Source: an uncultured Deinococcales bacterium
GTDB taxonomy: Bacteria > Deinococcota > Deinococci > Deinococcales > JAAFIG01
Assembly (NCBI GenBank): GCA_964247135.1
Contig: CAXTTL010000148.1
Span: 1-12,113 of the forward strand
Length of the DNA: 12,113 bases
Reading direction: 5' to 3'
Below are positions 1 to 7,545 of the stretch, one piece after another. The translations under genes and the position numbers were made by a program. Under the pieces are notes generated by a model. It was not told where the DNA came from. It searched no databases and saw nothing but the letters and a program-made list of their open reading frames with translations. The number at the start of each line of letters is the position of its first letter. Position 1 is the stretch's first letter.

Positions 1-159
1 TTTGAATGGATTGAAGTTTGGTACAAGCGCGAGTAGCCCGTCAGGTGCTTTCTTACGAGCAAGAACCGCGAACGTCGTCACTCGAGCCTGGGTTTCTTAG
101 CACCAACGGTGTTTGAGGAACGGAATGACTCTCGGAACTCCACATCCACAAACTCTTGA
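1..159 (+). pseudogene. IS3-family transposase OrfB C-terminal fragment, interrupted by a 39-bp in-frame insert containing a TAG stop
   Basis: TGG TAC [AAG CGC GAG TAG ... AGC AAG, 25-63] AAC CGC GAA CGT CGT CAC TCG AGC CTG. Removing 25-63 restores WYNRERRHSSL. Natural stop TGA at 157-159. Confidence 0.75.
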
Positions 160-166
160 CATTTCA
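1..166 (+). mobile_element. Right end of an IS3-family insertion sequence (transposase C-terminus plus right terminal inverted repeat), partial at window edge
   Basis: Frame +1 reads FEWIEVWY...NRERRHSSLGFLAPTVFEE, the typical C-terminal motif of IS3-family OrfB (YNxxRxHSSLGxxxPxxFE). It is followed by TCCACAAACTCTTGACATTTCA, ending in CA at 165-166 as IS3-family ends do (5'-TG...CA-3'). The adjacent minus-strand gene is cut at this point. Confidence 0.8.
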
Positions 167-270
167 CCCTGTTCCTTCAGCATGAATACAAAAGCTGCTA
201 AATCGGTATACCTCCAAATCTTCAGATTAGGGTCTTGAGATTCGGCAAATACTTCATGCTCTTCATACAT
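167..270 (-). pseudogene. 5' fragment of an IS-interrupted gene, probably DUF2971-like hypothetical protein
   Basis: Minus strand from ATG at 270 reads MYEEHEVFAESQDPNLKIWRYTDLAAFVFMLKEQG and then enters the IS end at 166. KIWRYxDxxxF resembles the N-terminus of DUF2971-type proteins (recognised from memory, not searched). The run-on ORF is 57 aa, shorter than anything in the ORF track. Confidence 0.6.
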
Positions 271-276
271 AAATAC

Positions 277-305
277 AATTTAAGCTTACAGGTGATTCAC
301 GTCAA
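277..305 (-). promoter_or_regulatory. Sigma70-type promoter, leaderless start of the interrupted gene
   Basis: Minus strand TTGACG (305-300), 17 nt, TAAATT (282-277), 6 nt, ATG (270). No Shine-Dalgarno. Confidence 0.6.
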
Positions 306-392
306 ATCGTTCATGATTCAAGCCCGAGCATTCAGCAATTCATCAGGAAAAAATGGTTTTAAACCGTGTCACGCGAGACTCACCAAAACAAT

Positions 393-434
393 CAAAAAAG
401 AAACTCGAGGTGCAAAAGCTTGCACCTCGAGTTT
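393..434 (-). terminator. Rho-independent terminator of the 443..1084 gene
   Basis: Perfect 15-bp stem AAACTCGAGGTGCAA (401-415) / TTGCACCTCGAGTTT (420-434) with a 4-nt loop, 8 nt past the stop, followed on the minus strand by CTTTTTTGA. Confidence 0.85.
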
Positions 435-442
435 GGATTGTT

Positions 443-1084
443 TTATTTATTGAGCAGTTGGAAGCCGTGATTGGATTTGGTCCAACCCGAGTTGAAACCG
501 ACCGTAATCCAGATCATGGCGAGCGGTTCGATCAAACGGCTTTTGGTCATGTCGCCCAGGTCCACCACGCCCCAACCGACACCCTCGAGAAAGTCTTGCA
601 CTGTTTTTTTGGCGTCTTTGTCGTTGCCAGCAATGAACATGTCGGGGTTGCCTCCAATAAACGTTTTTGGGTTGAGCATGGCGGGGGCGGTGATGATGTT
701 GAGGGCTTTGACCACAAATGAATCGGGCAGCCAGGCTTGAACCTGTTCGCCCGCCGAGGTGTTAAAACCAATCGAGAGCGCCGGTTGTCCGCTCGAGAAA
801 TCCAAGGGGTTGGTGATGTCCACCACGACCTTGCCGACCAGATTTTTGGGGTCGGCAAGATTAATGGCGTTTTGCGTACCGTCCCAATGGGTGGCGAGCA
901 GGATCATTTCACCAAATTTCGCGGCGTCGGCGTTGCTGGCAAGTTTCACGTCCTTGTTCTGGCTCGAGAATGCCTCCAGTTTGCTGGCGTCTCGGGTGCC
1001 GATGGTCACGTTGTGTCCGTGTTTGATCAGGTCGATGGCGAGTTGTTGACCGACGGCTCCGCTGCCAATAATTCCGATGTTCAT
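443..1084 (-). CDS. NADPH-dependent F420 reductase family / dinucleotide-binding oxidoreductase (COG2085-like)
   Basis: N-terminal Rossmann GIIGSGAVG and family motifs GKVVVDITNP, SAGEQVQAWLP, VVKALN, AGNDKDAK, DLG; 213 aa; SD AAGGAG upstream. Confidence 0.88.
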   Translation of the reverse strand: MNIGIIGSGAVGQQLAIDLIKHGHNVTIGTRDASKLEAFSSQNKDVKLASNADAAKFGEMILLATHWDGTQNAINLADPKNLVGKVVVDITNPLDFSSGQPALSIGFNTSAGEQVQAWLPDSFVVKALNIITAPAMLNPKTFIGGNPDMFIAGNDKDAKKTVQDFLEGVGWGVVDLGDMTKSRLIEPLAMIWITVGFNSGWTKSNHGFQLLNK

Positions 1085-1144
1085 GGGCTGCTCCTTGGGT
1101 TTGGCTCGGGTGTCTCTCGAGCGTAGAATCAGAATAAACTAGGG

Positions 1145-1195
1145 TAGACAGGTCTGTATGTTTCTTGGAGTACCAAAATAGACAGGTCTGTCTAT
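1145..1195. promoter_or_regulatory. Two TetR-type operators in a divergent promoter region
   Basis: ATAGACAG-GT-CTGTCTAT (1178-1195, perfect 8-2-8 inverted repeat) and a second copy TAGACAGGTCTGTA (1145-1158). The first abuts the -10 TAGAAT (1195-1200). Confidence 0.85.
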
Positions 1196-1207
1196 AGAAT
1201 GGGTGGT

Positions 1208-1780
1208 ATGGAAGTCAGCACCATCAGCAAACCCCGCGAACGCATCCTCGAGACGGCGGCGAAACTCTTTTACGCGAGCGGTTACAGGGCAATTGGAGTT
1301 GACCGTTTGATCGCAGAATCTGGCGTCGCCAAAATGACGTTTTACAAACACTTTCCCAGCAAAGACGATTTGATTGCAGCTTACCTCGAGCAGTCAAGCC
1401 AGAACTTCTGGAACTGGATTGATGCGATCACCCAAGATCAACCCGACCCAAGATGGCAACTCGAGCAGATTTTTGCCGCCATCGCAAACCGTTCCATCCA
1501 ACCCGCCTGCCTGGGCTGTGCCTTCATGGCTGCCGCGCTCGAGTTTCCAGATTTTGAACACCAAGCGCACAAGGTTGCACTTGCTTACAAGAACAGTGTG
1601 CTTGCCAAACTGACCGAACTTGCCGCAGCCAGCCGTGCTCGAGAACCCGAACTGCTGGGCGCAGGTCTGATGCTCTTGATGGACGGCGCGTGGAGTGCCG
1701 CCAGAATGTTTGGACCAGACAATCACGCCAAGCACGTGCTGGCTGCGGCTCAAGCCCTGATTGCCGCGCAAGTGAATTGA
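1208..1780 (+). CDS. TetR/AcrR family transcriptional regulator
   Basis: HTH RERILETAAKLFYASGYRAIGVDRLIAESGVAKMTFYKHFPSKDDL and C-terminal GCAF motif. Start moved from 1199 to ATG 1208 because TAGAAT-N7-ATG fits a leaderless transcript. Confidence 0.93.
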   Translation: MEVSTISKPRERILETAAKLFYASGYRAIGVDRLIAESGVAKMTFYKHFPSKDDLIAAYLEQSSQNFWNWIDAITQDQPDPRWQLEQIFAAIANRSIQPACLGCAFMAAALEFPDFEHQAHKVALAYKNSVLAKLTELAAASRAREPELLGAGLMLLMDGAWSAARMFGPDNHAKHVLAAAQALIAAQVN

Positions 1781-1947
1781 AGATGTATTGAATATCGAAG
1801 CTTCAACACAACATTGAAGCCCTGAGCGCACCAACCTCAGCCGCGCCTCAGTCTGGTGCCTGTATCACCTCAACCGAGCATGGTCATCTGACCTGGGCTT
1901 GTCTCATTCATCACAGAAATTCAACTGGGGCAAGTTAAGGAGCAATC

Positions 1948-2850
1948 ATGAATCCGAAAATCCTGAACCGCCGTCAATTGTTGCAGGGAGCCGCCCTCTT
2001 CGGAGCCGCAAGCCTCACCTCGGGTATCGGGCTGGCACAAACCGCAGCCACGACCACAGCAACAAAGCCCGACATCGACGTGGATGTGCTGAACTTCGCC
2101 CTCAACCTCGAGTACCTCGAAGCCGAATTTTACTTGGCGGCGGTGGGTCGCAAACCGAGTTACAAAACCTCCGGCATGGACTCGGGCATGGGTTCCAACG
2201 TGATCGGCGGCAAGAAAGTGAAATTCTCGAGCAGCGCCTTTGGTCGCGCCGTGCGCGAATACGCCGAAGAGATCGCCAACGACGAGGAAAACCACGTCAA
2301 ATTCTTGCGCGAGGCGCTCGGCGACAAAGCCGTCGCCCGTCCAACGATTGACATTGGACCGGCTTTCGCCGCCGCCGCTGCCGCCGCCAGCAAAAGTGCC
2401 ATCAAGGGTTTTGACCCTTATGCCAACGAATTGTTTTTCTTGCACGGTGCGTTCATTTTCGAGGACGTGGGCGTGACCGCCTACAAAGGCGCGGCACCAC
2501 TGATCACCAACCCAGCCTACCTCGAGGCGGCGGCGGGTATCTTGGGCGTTGAGGCTTACCACGCGGGCATTGTCCGCACGTTGTTGTATCAAAAGCGTTC
2601 GACCGTCGCTGCGGCTGGTCTTAGGGTTCATCAGGTGGTCGATGCGATCTCAGCCCTGCGCGATTCGGTGGACGGCACGGACGACCGCGACCAAGGCGTT
2701 TTGATCAACAACAGGGCAAACCTGGTGCCGACCGACGCCAACGGCATTGCGTTCAGCCGCACGACCAGCCAGGTGCTCAACATTGTGTACTTGGGCGGCA
2801 AGGGCAAGGGCGGCTTTTTTCCAAATGGTCTGAACGGTAAAATCAAGTAA
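1948..2850 (+). CDS. Tat-signal ferritin-like domain protein (Ferritin_2 / desiccation-related protein family)
   Basis: Twin-arginine signal LNRRQLL followed by a hydrophobic stretch ending GLA-Q. Family motifs DVDVLNFALNLEYLEAEFY, EIANDEENHVKFLR, FEDVGVTAYKGAA, ILGVEAYHAG and C-terminal GGFFPNGLNG. SD AAGGAG. Confidence 0.9.
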   Translation: MNPKILNRRQLLQGAALFGAASLTSGIGLAQTAATTTATKPDIDVDVLNFALNLEYLEAEFYLAAVGRKPSYKTSGMDSGMGSNVIGGKKVKFSSSAFGRAVREYAEEIANDEENHVKFLREALGDKAVARPTIDIGPAFAAAAAAASKSAIKGFDPYANELFFLHGAFIFEDVGVTAYKGAAPLITNPAYLEAAAGILGVEAYHAGIVRTLLYQKRSTVAAAGLRVHQVVDAISALRDSVDGTDDRDQGVLINNRANLVPTDANGIAFSRTTSQVLNIVYLGGKGKGGFFPNGLNGKIK

Positions 2851-2864
2851 ACCGCGAATTAAAC

Positions 2865-2918
2865 AAGCTCGAGCAGAACTCAAACGTTCAGCTCGGGCTT
2901 TAAACTTTAATTTTTTTG
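2865..2918 (+). terminator. Probable rho-independent terminator between convergent genes
   Basis: AAGCTCGAGC-A-GAAC / GTTC-A-GCTCGGGCTT stem (2865-2900, one G-U pair, one mismatch) followed by a T-rich tract TAAACTTTAATTTTTTT. Confidence 0.7.
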
Positions 2919-2957
2919 ACTGCAAATTCAAGCTCGAGTGACCAGTTTAAAAACCTG

Positions 2958-3326
2958 CTACTGAATCTCGAAGCCCAACTGCCCAGTCGAAGAATTGTTC
3001 TCGAGTTTTAAGTCCCAATTCCCAGCCGCAAGCGTGATCCCCTTGTCGATTCTGCCCAGCAGCACAGCCTTTTCGACGCCGTTGAGTTTGACGGTGGTGC
3101 GACCCTCGCGCAGTTCGCCGTAAAAGTGCAGCCTCGATTTGCGGGTCAAGGTGATATGACGCTCAAAACCCATGCGGGTGTCGTTCATGAACAGCGGCGT
3201 GTACGGTGGAAATCCCAGGTAAAAGCCCCCGTAAACGTTAAAAGTGGCAAAAACGAAATAACAGCACAGCGCCACGGCGACCAACGCCCACTGCCAGCGT
3301 TTGAGTTTGTAAGGCAAAAAAGACAC
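2958..3326 (-). CDS. Hypothetical protein with N-terminal membrane anchor and small beta-rich domain
   Basis: 122 aa ORF filling the gap; KLKRW followed by a hydrophobic helix; GTG start preceded by TAGAGT-N6 (3338-3333). Confidence 0.7.
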   Translation of the reverse strand: MSFLPYKLKRWQWALVAVALCCYFVFATFNVYGGFYLGFPPYTPLFMNDTRMGFERHITLTRKSRLHFYGELREGRTTVKLNGVEKAVLLGRIDKGITLAAGNWDLKLENNSSTGQLGFEIQ

Positions 3327-3484
3327 GGTTTCACTCTAGCTCGAGGGTTGCTGCAAAGTGTCCTTGAATCGCTTGCTCAAACGACCGTAAACGTTTGCGA
3401 ATATTGAACTCGAGTCTGAACAACCCGCTCGAGGTGCTTGAAGTACACCCTGAACGAATTGTTTCCTTGATATGATGCAGCCCA

Positions 3485-4237
3485 ATGGTGAAGGTGATTG
3501 CTATCGGGGATGTACATGCGGACTGGAGACACTTGTGGTCTGCCTTAAAAGCATCTTATGCAGCCACGCACGATGGCAAACCATCTCAGGTTGTGCTGGA
3601 CGGGCGTTACCGTGTGATCTTGATGGGTGATTTGGTGCATCCCAAAACCCAGGAGGCTTACGAAGAATTGACGGGGCGCGAGAATTACGATTGGCACGAC
3701 CCTGAGCACTTGCGCAGCGCCTCCAAAGCCCAGGCTCGGGAGTTGTACAAGATCAAAAATTTTGTCGATGAAGCCGAGGGCGGCGTCAGCATCATTCTGG
3801 GCAACCACGACGCGGCGGCGCTCGATCATAATTTTTTGCTGGGCACGGCGGTGGGTTTGACCCATGCCGAATTTGACGAATCCAAAGGCGGTTTGGCATT
3901 GCCCCAAGACCTGCAAGATTGGATGCGCACCTGGCAATCCGAGGTTCGGATTCACGGCGTGCAATTTGCCCACGCCGGACCAACCCCTGGCATGGCGTCC
4001 TACGATGATTTTTTTTACGGCGATCCCGACACCAAACGCTGGTGGGTTGATAAACCGTTCCTGGTGACCGCCAGCGGACACAAGTTTGGCGTCTACGGGC
4101 ATACGGTCATGAAAGACGGCATTCTGATCGACGAGGAAAACCATTTTGCCATGATCGACGCGCTCGAGAAACGCCAGTACTTGGACATGATGTTCCAAGA
4201 CGACGGCGAGTTTGCCTATCGCATCGCAGAATTTTAA
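3485..4237 (+). CDS. Calcineurin-like metallophosphoesterase
   Basis: Motifs IGDVHA, MGDLVH, LGNHD, FAHAG and YGHT in canonical order; TATGAT 8 nt upstream of ATG. Confidence 0.88.
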   Translation: MVKVIAIGDVHADWRHLWSALKASYAATHDGKPSQVVLDGRYRVILMGDLVHPKTQEAYEELTGRENYDWHDPEHLRSASKAQARELYKIKNFVDEAEGGVSIILGNHDAAALDHNFLLGTAVGLTHAEFDESKGGLALPQDLQDWMRTWQSEVRIHGVQFAHAGPTPGMASYDDFFYGDPDTKRWWVDKPFLVTASGHKFGVYGHTVMKDGILIDEENHFAMIDALEKRQYLDMMFQDDGEFAYRIAEF

Positions 4238-4263
4238 TGGGGCGAGACGCGTCTCGCCCCAAC
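4236..4263. repeat. REP-like 28-bp palindrome (perfect 24-bp core), may also act as a terminator or RNA stabiliser
   Basis: TGGGGCGAGACGCGTCTCGCCCCA (4238-4261) is a perfect palindrome. The minus strand reads GTTG-GGGCG-N10-CGCCC-CATT. Confidence 0.6.
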
Positions 4264-4280
4264 ACGGTAAACTGTTTGGC

Positions 4281-4592
4281 ATGAGGCTCGAGACGCTGCT
4301 GCCAATTGCGGGTTTGGGGTTGTACCTGGCAAACCTGGCGCTTGGGGTGGCGGTTCAGTTGCGTTACGTCAGTTTGCACAGAATGCGTTGGGTTCATCAT
4401 GCCCTGTATTTTGTGGTTTTTGTCGGTGCCATCTTGGCGGTGGTGGGCTTGATGATCGGGCGTTCAAAATGGTGGATGTTGACCCTGACCATCGGTGCGC
4501 TGGCGGTCTTGCCGCGTTACAAGGGCGGCACCAGACCGCACATGGTTCTGGCTGTGCTCGGTCTGGTGGGTTACGGACTTGCACTGTTTTAA
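4281..4592 (+). CDS. Small multi-pass membrane protein, unknown function
   Basis: About four hydrophobic segments with WVHHALYF and RPH motifs. Start placed at ATG 4281 (TAAACT-N7-ATG) rather than 4212, which overlaps the upstream gene and the palindrome. Confidence 0.75.
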   Translation: MRLETLLPIAGLGLYLANLALGVAVQLRYVSLHRMRWVHHALYFVVFVGAILAVVGLMIGRSKWWMLTLTIGALAVLPRYKGGTRPHMVLAVLGLVGYGLALF

Positions 4593-4633
4593 AAGGTTAG
4601 GCTCGAGGTATCCTGAAATTCCAAAGGACGTGT

Positions 4634-5422
4634 ATGGATTTTTTTGAGGTCATCAACAACCGAAAAACCACCAACGGACCGTTCGACCCGCGTCCTGTCA
4701 GCAAAGAACATCAACGAATCTTGATGGAGGCAGCCTCCCGAGCGCCGAGTCATTTTAATTCTCAACCGTGGCGTTTTATTTTGATCGAAGACACCAAAAA
4801 ACGCGCCGCAATTGCGGATTTGGCTGGTCGCAGCATGGAAAAACTGATTGCCGATGGTCTGTTTTTCGAGCGTTACCGCCCGTACTTTCGCTTTTCCGAA
4901 AAGGAACTCGAGGAGCGCGGCGACGGCATTCATTTTGACCAGTTGCCAGGACCGTTAAAACCATTTGCCAAACAGATCATGAGTCCAACCGGCGTCGAAA
5001 TCATGCGGCGCATGGGCGTACCCAAAATGCTCGGCAGGGACAACCGCGACCTGGTGGCGGGCAGCCCATTGATTATGGGCGTGATGCTCGACAAAGCCGA
5101 GTACATTCCAGGCAAATTAAGCGGCTTTTACTCGATTTTTGGCATGGGCGCGGCGATGGAAAACATCTGGCTGACCACCCACGCGCTGGGCATGGGCATT
5201 CAATTTATCAGCACGCCAATGGAAATTCCCGAAAACTGGCAACAGATGATTGCGCTTTTGGGCGTTCCCGATCACCTCGAGCTGATGGCGGTCTACAGAC
5301 TGGGTTACGTCAAAGAGGCGCAACGCCGCCCGAGCATCGACTGGTCGAGCCGTCACCGCAAACGACTGAGCCAGTACGTTTTCAGGGATTCGTGCGACAC
5401 GCCCGAAAGTGATGATTTGTGA
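4634..5422 (+). CDS. Nitroreductase family (FMN-binding) protein
   Basis: EVINNRKT...[49 protein letters not shown]. Confidence 0.9.
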   Translation: MDFFEVINNRKTTNGPFDPRPVSKEHQRILMEAASRAPSHFNSQPWRFILIEDTKKRAAIADLAGRSMEKLIADGLFFERYRPYFRFSEKELEERGDGIHFDQLPGPLKPFAKQIMSPTGVEIMRRMGVPKMLGRDNRDLVAGSPLIMGVMLDKAEYIPGKLSGFYSIFGMGAAMENIWLTTHALGMGIQFISTPMEIPENWQQMIALLGVPDHLELMAVYRLGYVKEAQRRPSIDWSSRHRKRLSQYVFRDSCDTPESDDL

Positions 5423-6474
5423 ACCCGAAAATACTTGCTGTCGGAACTGCACTGCCAGAGCACCGCATCGAACAGCACAACATCCGCGAATTTGCCCGCA
5501 TACTTTTTGCCTCGAGCTTCAGGGACATTGACCGCTTGGTCACGATCTTCGAGAATTCGCAAATCAAAACCAGGGCGTTATGCACGGATTTGGCGTGGTT
5601 TGAAAGCCCCAAAAGTTTTAGTGAAAAAAATGCGCTCTACGTTCAACACGCCAGCAGTTTGAGTGAAGCCGCCGCGCTAGAAGCCTTAAAAAACGCAAAA
5701 CTCGAGCCTGCCCAAATTGACGCCATTATTTTTGTTTCGACCACAGGACTCTCCACGCCCAGCTTGGACACTGCCTTGATTAAGCGCCTGGGCTTGTCGC
5801 CACACGTCGCCAGAATGCCTTTGTGGGGTTTGGGCTGCGCGGGCGGCGCGGCGGGTCTGGCTCGAGCCTCCGAGTACGCCAGAGCCTTTCCAGGCAGGCG
5901 CGTGCTGCTGGTGGCGGTGGAACTGTGCAGCCTGACCTTTCAGCACAATGACCGCAGCAAATCGAACTTGGTGGCAACCAGTTTGTTTGCCGACGGTGCG
6001 GCAGCCGTGATCGTCAGCACCGAGGGCGACTCGAGAAGCCCCGAGCTTCTTGGCAGTTACAGTACCCTGATTCCAGATTCCGAAGACGTCATGGGTTGGG
6101 ATATCGTGGACGGCGGTTTGAAAGTCCGATTTGCCAAAAGCGTTCCCGATTTGGTGCGCAGCATCATGCGCCAAAACCTCTGCGAAGCCGCCAAAGCAAA
6201 CGGCATCAAACTCGAGCAAATTCAGCATTTTGTCACGCACCCTGGCGGCTTAAAAGTCTTGGAAGCCTACCAAGAATCCCTTCACCTCGAGAAAGATGCC
6301 TTAAAAGATGCCAGAAGCGTGCTCGAGAATTGCGGCAACATGAGCAGCGTCAGCGTGCTTTTTGTGCTCGAGAAATTTATGCAACGACGCTCGAGCCTCA
6401 ACCCTGGCGAGTACGGCGCGATCAGCGCGATGGGACCTGGCTTTAGTGCCGAACACGTGATTTTCAGGACGTGA
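5419..6474 (+). CDS. Type III polyketide synthase (chalcone-synthase-like; BpsA/SrsA type)
   Basis: Catalytic Cys-His-Asn in [12 protein letters not shown] and GNMSS; also [16 protein letters not shown] and MGPGF. GTG start overlaps the upstream stop (GTGA). Confidence 0.95.
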   Translation: MNPKILAVGTALPEHRIEQHNIREFARILFASSFRDIDRLVTIFENSQIKTRALCTDLAWFESPKSFSEKNALYVQHASSLSEAAALEALKNAKLEPAQIDAIIFVSTTGLSTPSLDTALIKRLGLSPHVARMPLWGLGCAGGAAGLARASEYARAFPGRRVLLVAVELCSLTFQHNDRSKSNLVATSLFADGAAAVIVSTEGDSRSPELLGSYSTLIPDSEDVMGWDIVDGGLKVRFAKSVPDLVRSIMRQNLCEAAKANGIKLEQIQHFVTHPGGLKVLEAYQESLHLEKDALKDARSVLENCGNMSSVSVLFVLEKFMQRRSSLNPGEYGAISAMGPGFSAEHVIFRT

Positions 6475-6926
6475 ACATGCCCAACCTTGTCACACAAATC
6501 CAAAGCATTCTCGAGCAAGAACTGGCACGTCATCACGACACGACCATCATGCAGGCTCGTGTGGCAGAGGCAATTTTTGGCTTTGCGGTGGACAATCCCA
6601 AAATTGAACAAGAACTGATACTCGAGGCGCTGGCGGTGCTCTCCGATCAGGGACGTGAGGCGATGCGCAATGCGGCAAGCGCCGCCAAACGAATTTTTTT
6701 AGAGAATGAAACGCTCGAAGTCTTAACCCGCGAACGGGTGCTCGAGCGGCGCAAACCCCAACGCGCCAGCGCCGTGCAACTGGCAAAAGAAAACGATTTG
6801 GAAGGACTGCGACGCATTGGTGCTCGAGCCTTGCAACTTGGGCTGCAAGCCGCCAAGCCAGACGTTGCCAAAGTGATGATTGAAGCTTGGGAACTTTTGA
6901 GCCAGTACGAACGTAGTCACACCTGA
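6471..6926 (+). CDS. Hypothetical, probably alpha-helical protein
   Basis: 151 aa ORF coupled to the PKS stop by a GTGA overlap (alternative ATG at 6477); Ala/Leu/Glu/Arg rich; no motif recognised. Confidence 0.7.
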   Translation: MNMPNLVTQIQSILEQELARHHDTTIMQARVAEAIFGFAVDNPKIEQELILEALAVLSDQGREAMRNAASAAKRIFLENETLEVLTRERVLERRKPQRASAVQLAKENDLEGLRRIGARALQLGLQAAKPDVAKVMIEAWELLSQYERSHT

Positions 6927-6990
6927 CAGAAGTCTTGCTAGACTGATAGTCGAAAACCAAAAGCCACGTTAGAACTCGAGAGGTGAAATC

Positions 6991-7545
6991 ATGAGCGCAC
7001 CCACCCCAAACCCCGTGCCAATTTCAGAAATGATCGATCAGAGCATCAAGGTCATCAGCAACCCGACAGTGCAAACTTTTGACACTTTTGAGAATCGCGG
7101 CACAATGCGCGACGCCCTGATTTACGTTGGTCTGGGCGCAATGGTTTCGGGTGCCCTCAGTTTCAGTGGCGGACTGGGCGGCATTTTAGGCGGTGCAATC
7201 TCGACGCTGGCATCATTTTTTGTATTTGTCTATGTGGTTCATGCCTTTGGAAAATCCCAAGGCGGCACCGGAACGCTCGATCAGGTGGCTTACACGTTTT
7301 CTTTATTTTGGATGCCACTCTCGATTCTGTCCGCCCTTGCCATTTTGATTTTGACCATCACGATTGTTGGCATTTTCTTAATCCCGCTTTTGCTGTTCGC
7401 CATTCTTGCCGCCAATATTTATTTTGCTTACACCGCCGTGCAATCCAGCATGAACCTGCCCAGAGGCTCGAACGCCATTGTGACTTTGGTGGTCGCCGCG
7501 ATTGCCACAATGGTCACTTACGGCATTATTGACACGATCATCTGA
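6991..7545 (+). CDS. YIP1 family membrane protein
   Basis: Short soluble N-terminus (KVISNPTVQTF), about five hydrophobic helices, GG.G loop (GKSQGGTGT); SD GAGGTG. Confidence 0.75.
   Translation: MSAPTPNPVPISEMIDQSIKVISNPTVQTFDTFENRGTMRDALIYVGLGAMVSGALSFSGGLGGILGGAISTLASFFVFVYVVHAFGKSQGGTGTLDQVAYTFSLFWMPLSILSALAILILTITIVGIFLIPLLLFAILAANIYFAYTAVQSSMNLPRGSNAIVTLVVAAIATMVTYGIIDTII

Noticed and set aside
34-36. In-frame TAG in the transposase as possible pyrrolysine or read-through recoding
   Set aside because: It lies inside an insert that breaks a conserved motif, and all other TAG codons here behave as stops. Pseudogenisation is the simpler explanation.
235-721. ORFs 235..453 (+) and 353..721 (+)
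   Set aside because: No recognisable motifs. They run through a terminator and antisense to better-supported minus-strand genes.
2368-2388. (GCC)n run as a contingency or slippage repeat
   Set aside because: It encodes a poly-Ala helix, is interrupted by GCT, and triplet slippage would not switch frame.
3340-3433. Imperfect inverted repeat CTCGAGGGTTG ... CAACCCGCTCGAG as a MITE
   Set aside because: Most of the match is the ubiquitous CTCGAG, it needs a gap, and there is no target duplication.
1394-6240. Long antisense ORFs (1394..1834, 1921..2631, 3545..4282, 5686..6240) and similar ones further right (7502..8227, 7518..8108, 8249..8899, 9213..9770)
   Set aside because: Shadow frames of well-supported genes, expected with GC-biased codon usage; no independent motifs or translation signals.
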